From contig JAUWKS010000076.1 in assembly GCA_030614005.1 (NCBI GenBank), forward strand, positions 1-14,342: a stretch of DNA of 14,342 nt, written 5' to 3'. This document shows, in pieces, positions 8,186 through 14,342 of the stretch. The DNA comes from Candidatus Heimdallarchaeota archaeon. GTDB taxonomy: Archaea; Asgardarchaeota; Heimdallarchaeia; JABLTI01. Each line of letters starts with the position of its first letter. Position 1 is the stretch's first letter. A program made the translations under genes and the position numbers. Below the pieces are notes generated by a model. It did not search any database and was not told where the DNA came from. It was given only the letters and a program-made list of their open reading frames with translations.

Positions 8186-8779
8186 TCAAAATGTTCTTGA
8201 TTTCACAGTATCTTCACTGATTGCTTTTAATTCAGCAATAAAACTTTCTGCTATCATTTTCGCTATGTTTTCTAATGAGACATTGTCTTTTATTTCTTGC
8301 AAACCGATTGCTTTTACGTAATCTGGAACACCAGATGAAACGATGTTTAATCCAAAATGGATTTTTGTAGAGTTATTTGAACTTGTTGCGATGCCTACAT
8401 TGATTTTCTTTTCATCATAGAACAGGTCTGTTCCTTTTTTTGTTATTTCAATAGCAAGCTCCTTTTCGAGAATTCTTTGAGTAATAAATGCTAACAGATG
8501 TAACCTATGATATGTTACTTTCAGATTTGCTGGTTGGTCATCAAACATCTCTATGATAAAATGGATGCAATCATCACCTGAAATAAGTATATCTGCAAGG
8601 TCTTTTTCACGAACAATATCTTTGACATCGATCATTTCTTGTTGTTCTAAACGCATGCTTCCTCTGAAAATGACAAAAGTATCTCCTGAGATTCCATATC
8701 GTTCTAATGCCCATAAAGGATAAATCTGTTTTCCATCATAGCATTCTTTTTTTGAGAATTCGTTGAATATTATTTCTAT
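8186..8779 (-). CDS. DUF366 family protein (COG2029-like), probably 197 aa from a non-canonical ATA start
   Basis: Core motifs EMIDVKD, DDCIHFIIEMFD, KGTDLFYDEKKINVGIAT, KIHFGLNI and VKAIGL. The in-frame upstream extension encodes YDGKQIYPLWALERYGISGDTFVIFRG, which I recognise as the family's N-terminal motif. Confidence 0.8.
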   Translation of the reverse strand: MEIIFNEFSKKECYDGKQIYPLWALERYGISGDTFVIFRGSMRLEQQEMIDVKDIVREKDLADILISGDDCIHFIIEMFDDQPANLKVTYHRLHLLAFITQRILEKELAIEITKKGTDLFYDEKKINVGIATSSNNSTKIHFGLNIVSSGVPDYVKAIGLQEIKDNVSLENIAKMIAESFIAELKAISEDTVKSRTF

Positions 8780-8786
8780 TTTTTAT

Positions 8787-8792
8787 CCCACC
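8787..8792 (-). promoter_or_regulatory. Shine-Dalgarno motif for DUF366
   Basis: GGTGGG lies 7 nt upstream of the in-frame ATA at 8779. Confidence 0.55.
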
Positions 8793-8845
8793 AAGTAAAT
8801 GATTTAGTCCAGTATTCTATCTATCTAGATTATTTGTAACTGTAA

Positions 8846-8866
8846 TTTAATTAAAAGGTTACTTCT
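8846..8866 (-). promoter_or_regulatory. Candidate BRE-TATA internal promoter upstream of DUF366-queD
   Basis: The minus strand reads AGAAGTAACC-TTTTAATTAAA in the raSEA-DUF366 gap: a purine-rich BRE-like element followed by a TATA-like box. The AT-rich background lowers specificity. Confidence 0.3.
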
Positions 8867-8871
8867 AAAAC

Positions 8872-9990
8872 CTACTTTAGGAGGTTATGTGCATTTTCTA
8901 CTAACCTGAGAGAGGAATCTCGAGATACTACTTCATATTCCAACAATTCTCTCCAAACTGTTTCACACCAACAATTTGGTTGGTCTAATTCTTCCGGGTT
9001 TTGTGTGAGAGTGTACTTCTTCAATGCTTTTACAAAGTATTTATCACAGTGTCTTCCATTGTGAATTCCTCTTTGAGAACCTGCACCTGAAGGATCACTT
9101 ACTATTCTATCAACTTGATTTCTTAGTCCCTCTTCATCAATTCTTTGCCAAACGATTTGAATGATTTCTTTCAAACTCCAAAACCTTGGAGGACGATAGA
9201 GGTCATCTCTCCATAATTTGAAAACTAAGGTTCCATTTTGAATATTTACTGGATTAATTGATATTGTTCTTGCACCCACTTTTATTGAATCAATGGTTGA
9301 TTGTATAGTATCAGCAATTGCTTCTTTTTCAGTCAAGAAAGGTGGTTTGAATAGTAAATAGCTTTTTACCCTGACATTATTGTTAATAGCTAATTTCACT
9401 GCTTTATTAAAATCGTTAAAAAGAAAACCTTTGTTGATATAATTAATTCTGATAAAATCATCACTTGATTCTAGACCAATACCCAGTTCTAATTCTTTAT
9501 CGTTACCAAGAATTGCTTTCAATCTTTTTAGTGCCTTTTTTGTAACAAATTCAGGTCTAGTCTCAACAATTACTTCAGTCACTTTACTTAAATTGCTAAT
9601 CATTTTCATAATTTCATCTTGAGCTTTAATTGGAATCTCGTTTTCATCTAGAAAACTTCCAGAGTTAAAAAGTTTCACCGATTGGAAGGTTTTATCCGAA
9701 AATTCTTGCAGAACCTTCTGAACCTGTTCAATTAAATTCTCATCTGTTATGACTTCAGAAGTATCATTTGAGTACCCACACATGCTGCATCCCCCACCTT
9801 CTCCAAGAGCCCAATCACACCCACTAGAATTCATAATAATTACTAGAGCTTTCCCTGCTTCATTGATCAATCTATCATCTTCAATCCAAGCAGCAATAGC
9901 TTTATTTGGAGCTCTGCTTTTCCTTAATCTCAATGCTTTTTCTCGCATAGTACATAACTGATCAGTGAGAATTCCTTTGAGTATTGTCAT
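8872..9990 (-). CDS. raSEA: Archaeosine biosynthesis radical SAM protein RaSEA (TIGR01210-like)
   Basis: C58-x9-C68-x2-C71 (GCDWALGEGGGCSMCGY), KLFNSGSFLD, VETRPEF, IGLESS, INKGF, YLLFKPPFLTEKEAI, SINPVNIQNGTL and LYRPPRFWS. Adjacent to arcS. Confidence 0.92.
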   Translation of the reverse strand: MTILKGILTDQLCTMREKALRLRKSRAPNKAIAAWIEDDRLINEAGKALVIIMNSSGCDWALGEGGGCSMCGYSNDTSEVITDENLIEQVQKVLQEFSDKTFQSVKLFNSGSFLDENEIPIKAQDEIMKMISNLSKVTEVIVETRPEFVTKKALKRLKAILGNDKELELGIGLESSDDFIRINYINKGFLFNDFNKAVKLAINNNVRVKSYLLFKPPFLTEKEAIADTIQSTIDSIKVGARTISINPVNIQNGTLVFKLWRDDLYRPPRFWSLKEIIQIVWQRIDEEGLRNQVDRIVSDPSGAGSQRGIHNGRHCDKYFVKALKKYTLTQNPEELDQPNCWCETVWRELLEYEVVSRDSSLRLVENAHNLLK

Positions 9991-10018
9991 TTTCTTTTGC
10001 TCCAGATTACATTATCAT

Positions 10019-11953
10019 TTATTTGACCTTACTTTTAATTTTAGCAACAGCACCAAATCTTACAGTTTCCATATCTCTTCCGGATATGAGAGCATGACCA
10101 ACGCCTAGGAGTGCGTGGTTTTTATCAACAATAACTATTTCATCTGATGGTCTTATTTCAGGGTCTGCTTTCTTAACACCTACTGCAAATAGTGTTGAAC
10201 CTTCAAGTTTCTCTCCCTCAAACATAACAAAATATTTTTTCTTTTTAGCAAGTATCCCACCGTTTTTCATTGAAAGGGTCAATTTTCCAGTAGAATAATG
10301 TATTACACCATGTTGCTGATTTTGTCTCAGAATTTTAAATGGTAGTGGTGGTCTGCCTTTCAAAGAATAAATCTCAGGAAACATTGCTTCTCCGACACCT
10401 ATCCCAAATTGATAATCAGCCACTTTTTGTATTTTGTATGTATCTGCTGAGAATTTTATTGGAGAAAGCGGTTCAACGATTTTATTGATTTCTTTGGCTA
10501 AATTTTCTAAGGAAGTATCTGTTGTAGCTCTTGTGTTTTTAGATGTGTAAATAAATGATCGTTTTAGAATTTTCTCGGATTCTTCGCATAATTCAATATA
10601 TTCTCCTGCAATATGAGCTATAATAGTAACATCGGAATCAATTTCTGATAAAACACCTACAAGTTGATCGATTGCAATTTGCTTCTCTTCATAGGACCAA
10701 TCACCAGTTACAGGAATATCATAATGCGCAGCCGGATACACCGATTCTAGTTCCCTAGGTATCACTCCTAGTGGTGAAGTCAGAATTAATTCTTGAATAT
10801 AGCCTCTCTTATTGTTGGCAACACTATCGATTGCTGCTCTAAACTTCTGATGGCTTTTTGATTCAGAATATGGTTTTCTCGCAGAGCAGGGTAAAATAAC
10901 AATAACTTTCTTTGAACTAGATATGGTAAAACGCTCGTGAACTCTTTTTTGAAATTCGTTAATAGATGGGCGAGTAAAACCATATGAGGTTATACTTTTA
11001 ATTGGAACAGTAGACCATGTTGGTGTTCTTGCAATTAACCAATCAATCCAATTTTTATCTAGTAATCTTAAAGCACTTGCACTAAATGGATTTATTTGTA
11101 TTGCTCGTTCAATATATCCTCTTAGATCTTGTTTTTTTACTGCTGAACGGATTTCTCTTATTTTCTTAGCAAAGATTCTTTCATTGTGAATTATAAGTGA
11201 ATGAAATTCACCAACACTAGATTCAGTAAATGATGAGATAAACTCTTTTGGTTCTGTATGCTTTGAACAAATTTCACATAAGCAGGTTATTTCATTCATA
11301 TCTTCCAGCTTATCTCCACCTGCATCAGTTAAATACAAACGCTGTTTTGCAGCGATATTAGCAAAACCGTTTGAAAAAACATCTATCCCTGTATAGGACA
11401 ATATTGGTAAATAAGTATGAGGTATTGGAGATAATAAAAATAATAAACTATTAACAGGAAGCACAGTTTTTAGTTTAGCAATAAAATCAATCATTTGACG
11501 AGGATTGTTGATAAATGGTAAAAGATTAGTTATTGCAATATTTTGTAATTCGAGGTTATTTAGCTCATTCAAAATCTTTTCAAATATTTGCGCTGATTTG
11601 GGGGGTTGAACAATCACTAATGACTTTTCCTTTGAATAGCTTTCAACGGAATTGCGGAGTGTTTCTAGCGTTTTATTTAACTGCTTTTCAATTATATTCT
11701 CAGATAGAGATTTGTGCATGAATAAATTTGCTATGAATTGAAAGTCAAAATTTTCAGTTACTGATATTTCAGTTGATAAATATCTTGGAGGAAGATTCAG
11801 TGAAAATCTCTCTTTTCGGTCGCCAATCTCCCAATAAAACGTATCAGATTTTGTTGAAATTTTCATAATGGTTGGCGTTTCAACTATCTTTGAATTCTCC
11901 TTTAATTTGGCTAATTTAGCAAAACCGGAAACTGAAGATATTTGAATTCTCAT
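10019..11953 (-). CDS. arcS: Archaeosine synthase subunit ArcS (TGT-like N-terminus, DUF5591 core, C-terminal PUA)
   Basis: Zn site CLCEIC...HN, ILPCSARKPYSESKSH, ILTSPLGVIPRELE, YPAAHYDIPVTGDW, DYQFG, and a PUA domain (GSTLFAVGVKKADPEIRPSDEIVI...GVGHALISG). Confidence 0.93.
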   Translation of the reverse strand: MRIQISSVSGFAKLAKLKENSKIVETPTIMKISTKSDTFYWEIGDRKERFSLNLPPRYLSTEISVTENFDFQFIANLFMHKSLSENIIEKQLNKTLETLRNSVESYSKEKSLVIVQPPKSAQIFEKILNELNNLELQNIAITNLLPFINNPRQMIDFIAKLKTVLPVNSLLFLLSPIPHTYLPILSYTGIDVFSNGFANIAAKQRLYLTDAGGDKLEDMNEITCLCEICSKHTEPKEFISSFTESSVGEFHSLIIHNERIFAKKIREIRSAVKKQDLRGYIERAIQINPFSASALRLLDKNWIDWLIARTPTWSTVPIKSITSYGFTRPSINEFQKRVHERFTISSSKKVIVILPCSARKPYSESKSHQKFRAAIDSVANNKRGYIQELILTSPLGVIPRELESVYPAAHYDIPVTGDWSYEEKQIAIDQLVGVLSEIDSDVTIIAHIAGEYIELCEESEKILKRSFIYTSKNTRATTDTSLENLAKEINKIVEPLSPIKFSADTYKIQKVADYQFGIGVGEAMFPEIYSLKGRPPLPFKILRQNQQHGVIHYSTGKLTLSMKNGGILAKKKKYFVMFEGEKLEGSTLFAVGVKKADPEIRPSDEIVIVDKNHALLGVGHALISGRDMETVRFGAVAKIKSKVK

Positions 11954-12111
11954 TTATTTTTTCCATCCATTTTTTCGTCAACAAAAATTCAAAGGTATTA
12001 TTTTAAGTAGTTTACCATTACAATTACTCAATTTAGTAAGCTTGTAATATATTGTTGGAAAAATCTTAGCCTAATAATATATAGAACTGAATTTTATATT
12101 TAAAAGAATTT

Positions 12112-12118
12112 AAAAAAA
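12112..12118 (-). terminator. Oligo-T (T7) tract, candidate terminator of the zinc-ribbon gene
   Basis: T7 on the minus strand about 28 nt after the stop at 12146, within a T-rich stretch. Confidence 0.35.
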
Positions 12119-12145
12119 TAAAGTTAAACCAGTTCAATGAACTAA

Positions 12146-12871
12146 TTACTCTAAACTCTTGCCACAATGAATGCAGAAACCACTTTTACCGTGAGGTAGT
12201 TTTTTACCGCAATGTGGACAGAAATTAGAAAATTCACTCATCGGACCGAACATCTTAAGCCCAATCATCATAGAATAATTTGCTAAATCAATTAATTGAG
12301 GTAAGGTAACTTCCATTCGCTCTAATTTACCATAAGTTGGTGAAGTTGGTTCATCAGAAACCTTTGTTTGAACTATGAAACGGGTATCGATTAAGTTTTC
12401 AGGGATTTCAATTATAGCATCTTTTTGTGAGCTTCTTTTGTTAAATATAGTGAAATTTTCCAAGCACTTTAAATCGTCAACTAATTCAACGAGAATACTT
12501 TGGATCATAGAACTTTCTCCAAGAACCTTAACGAAAGCATCTGGTTTCCCTCTTAAGGAAAATCTCATTGGATTTACTGACTTTATTTGTAACGTTGCTT
12601 GGACTCCTTCTTCAGTTACTGAAATTTTTCTTTTGGAAAACCACACAAAGAGATAGTGATCCAATCCATCTGGAGATGTTTTCTTTGGCATTGATAAACC
12701 TATAACACCGTCCACATCTACTCCTCTAAGATAAAAAGCACCAAGTGGTTGAAAATTTTTCTTTTTTCCTTCTTCTTCAACAAACCTTCTTAAATCATTA
12801 TCTCGTGGAATTTCTTTTCCAATAGAATATGAAATCAATTTTGCTAGCTTTTCACGATTTAATGTAGGCAT
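12146..12871 (-). CDS. Hypothetical protein with C-terminal double zinc ribbon
   Basis: The C-terminus FCPHCGKKLPHGKSGFCIHCGKSLE contains C218/C221/C233/C236. SD motif GGAGTG at 12879-12884. The N-terminal roughly 210 aa are not recognised. Confidence 0.8.
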   Translation of the reverse strand: MPTLNREKLAKLISYSIGKEIPRDNDLRRFVEEEGKKKNFQPLGAFYLRGVDVDGVIGLSMPKKTSPDGLDHYLFVWFSKRKISVTEEGVQATLQIKSVNPMRFSLRGKPDAFVKVLGESSMIQSILVELVDDLKCLENFTIFNKRSSQKDAIIEIPENLIDTRFIVQTKVSDEPTSPTYGKLERMEVTLPQLIDLANYSMMIGLKMFGPMSEFSNFCPHCGKKLPHGKSGFCIHCGKSLE

Positions 12872-13034
12872 CTTTCAACACTCCGGTAGTAGACCCAAAG
12901 GTCTCTAACATAGTAGTAAGAACATTTCACTGATAAAAACTATACCAAATAGATTAGATAACAAATACTTTCCACATTTAATATTTTTTTCGTCAAGTAA
13001 TTATCAAAACCAATTTCTTAATTGATAAACACAA

Positions 13035-13065
13035 GGGAATAATTAAAAGAGCATAATTGATTCCC
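13035..13065. promoter_or_regulatory. Inverted repeat upstream of the NSUN6-like gene; candidate operator or hairpin
   Basis: GGGAATAATTA (13035-13045) and TAATTGATTCCC (13054-13065) form an 11-bp stem with one bulge and an 8-nt spacer. Confidence 0.4.
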
Positions 13066-13093
13066 GAACACACACAATAGGAAGATGCTGTAA

Positions 13094-14302
13094 ATGAGTG
13101 AAAGAGTAGATGACCGCATAAATGAAGTAGCAGACAAGTATCAATTTAACCCTGCCTTAGTTAATCGTTTAAGTTTCGTTTATGGGTTCGATCGAGCAAC
13201 AAGTATCATCGAATCGCTCACAAAACACACAAGTGCCTTACCTATTAGAGTAAATACAGTACTTACTACTCCAGATGCTCTCGTTAAATCATTAAATGAA
13301 AAAGAAATTCCCGCAAAACGTCATCCAGAAGTTGAAGATGCAGTATTAGTTGATGTCCGAGGACCAAATGAAATAGTTGAAAAATCCAAGAAAATTATTG
13401 TTCATAAATATGCTGCTGCTAAAGCTTTAATCGGAGGGAGCATAGGTGCTCCGGGTATTAAAGATCATGAAGATCTAAAAATTGGTGATGAAGTATCCAT
13501 TGTTGATAAAATGGGTAAAATCATTGTTGCAAATGCGGTCTTAATGATGTCCTCAAATGAAATTGACGTTCAAAAACGAGGTGTAGCTCTCAGAATAACT
13601 GCAAGCAAGTATGAGTTGCCCAGCTTTCAAAATGTTACAGAATTCCTTCGTGGACATTTCATTCAACAAATGTTACCAAGTATTTTACTTGGCTCAGAAA
13701 TCAAGTTAAAACCTCTAGCGCGAGTTCTTGACTTATCTGTTGGGCATGGAGCTTTGCTCACACATGTTTGGCAAAATAATTCTAAATCCAATGCTAGAAT
13801 TATTGCTATTGATAATTCGAATACTAGACTTGTAAGATTTAAAGACAACCTTAAGCGACTTCGTTTGCTTAATGCTCCTTTTGAGATTATGAAAATGGAA
13901 AGTAATAAAGTTTCTAGAAGATTCAATCGAAATGAGACATTTGATGTTATTATTTATCATGCACCAAACTCAAAAATAGGTATTCGACCAAAAGTCTCTG
14001 ATAATACCACTGAGGGATTGATTTTCAATAATGCCAGAAACATGAATAAAATGATGGCACAAGCAGAACGATTATTGAAAAGAGATGGTATGATCTATTA
14101 TACTACAAATAGCCTTGACCCTGCAGAAAATGAGAGAATTATTGAAGAAGTAGTTAATCACGGTCGTCTTTCTGTCGTTGAACAATCCCAATACCTTGGG
14201 GATAAAGGACCTACTAAATTCAAAGGTTCTGAACACTTACAATATTTCTTCCCAGATAAACACGACACTCAAGGATACTTTATCGCAAAGTTAACTAAAT
14301 AA
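13094..14302 (+). CDS. RsmB/NOP2/NSUN6-like PUA-domain RNA m5C methyltransferase homolog, predicted catalytically inactive
   Basis: IRVNT, a PUA domain (GAPGIKDHEDLKIGDEVSIVD), then VLD...THV, IIAID, GIRPK, ENE and the C-terminal FFPDKHDTQGYFIAKL. Motif IV reads HAPNS (normally DAPCS/T) and motif VI reads YTTNS (normally YSTCS/T). Confidence 0.88.
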   Translation: MSERVDDRINEVADKYQFNPALVNRLSFVYGFDRATSIIESLTKHTSALPIRVNTVLTTPDALVKSLNEKEIPAKRHPEVEDAVLVDVRGPNEIVEKSKKIIVHKYAAAKALIGGSIGAPGIKDHEDLKIGDEVSIVDKMGKIIVANAVLMMSSNEIDVQKRGVALRITASKYELPSFQNVTEFLRGHFIQQMLPSILLGSEIKLKPLARVLDLSVGHGALLTHVWQNNSKSNARIIAIDNSNTRLVRFKDNLKRLRLLNAPFEIMKMESNKVSRRFNRNETFDVIIYHAPNSKIGIRPKVSDNTTEGLIFNNARNMNKMMAQAERLLKRDGMIYYTTNSLDPAENERIIEEVVNHGRLSVVEQSQYLGDKGPTKFKGSEHLQYFFPDKHDTQGYFIAKLTK

Positions 14303-14311
14303 TTAACCAAC

Positions 14312-14317
14312 TTTTTT
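14312..14317 (+). terminator. Oligo-T (T6) tract, candidate terminator
   Basis: TTTTTT lies 9 nt after the stop at 14302. Confidence 0.4.
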
Positions 14318-14342
14318 ATTATCCAGTAATGTAGTAGTAGTA

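Noticed and set aside
8175-8189. TTG start for queD at 8189
   Set aside because: It overlaps the DUF366 stop, and the ATG at 8174 has a well-spaced GAGGA motif.
8783-8794. In-frame TTG-GTG-GGA-TAA upstream of DUF366, suggesting stop-codon readthrough
   Set aside because: TAA is not a Sec or Pyl codon, and these bases are better explained as the SD motif for the ATA start.
8816-8830. (TCTA)3 microrepeat
   Set aside because: Short, low-complexity and without supporting context.
12887-12907. Small hairpin AGACC-CAAA-GGTCT next to the SD of the zinc-ribbon gene
   Set aside because: A 5-bp core stem (8 bp with a bulge) is expected by chance.
292-13960. Short alternative ORFs in the track (292-483, 2081-2377, 3852-4145, 4269-4451, 7100-7456, 8079-8321, 9749-9961, 12375-12656, 13663-13926, 13733-13960, 2892-3074, 10786-10983, 11533-11721)
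   Set aside because: All lie antisense to, or out of frame within, well-supported genes, and show no recognisable motifs; they are shadow ORFs.
14304-14342. (GTA)4 tract at the right edge
   Set aside because: Too short to be a meaningful repeat. It may be the 3' end of a convergent gene (e.g. TTTTLLDNKKVG*), but the frame cannot be determined.
1-14342. CRISPR array, tRNA/rRNA genes or a transposase
   Set aside because: No regularly spaced direct repeats, no GC-rich structured RNA segment in any intergenic gap, and no DDE or HUH transposase motifs were seen.

Overview
AT-rich archaeal genomic window with no recognisable RNA genes, CRISPR array or transposase. The domain call rests on archaeosine and F420 genes and on GGTGA/GGAG-type ribosome-binding motifs; an Asgard/Heimdallarchaeia-like host is only a guess. 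Twelve co-oriented minus-strand genes run from 12871 down to 148. In transcription order they are: a double-zinc-ribbon protein, ArcS, RaSEA, DUF366, QueD, a 986-aa receiver/PPDK-N fusion protein, CofE, endonuclease III, a membrane-anchored split zinc-finger protein, a TauE/SafE transporter, a small DUF5752-like protein and a C-terminally truncated aldo/keto reductase. A divergent plus-strand gene encodes a PUA-containing NSUN6/RsmB-family protein. Main findings: (1) the NSUN6-like protein is intact but both catalytic cysteines are Asn and the SAM motifs are eroded, suggesting a pseudo-methyltransferase; (2) an arcS-raSEA-DUF366-queD cluster points to a role for DUF366 in 7-deazaguanine metabolism; (3) DUF366 appears to begin at a non-canonical ATA about 41 codons upstream of the called ATG; (4) the receiver/ATP-grasp/His-domain protein looks like a signalling dikinase and shares an internal module with a free-standing small protein 5 kb away; (5) the AKR gene is cut off next to an imperfect palindrome. 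All family calls come from motif recognition by eye, not database searches.
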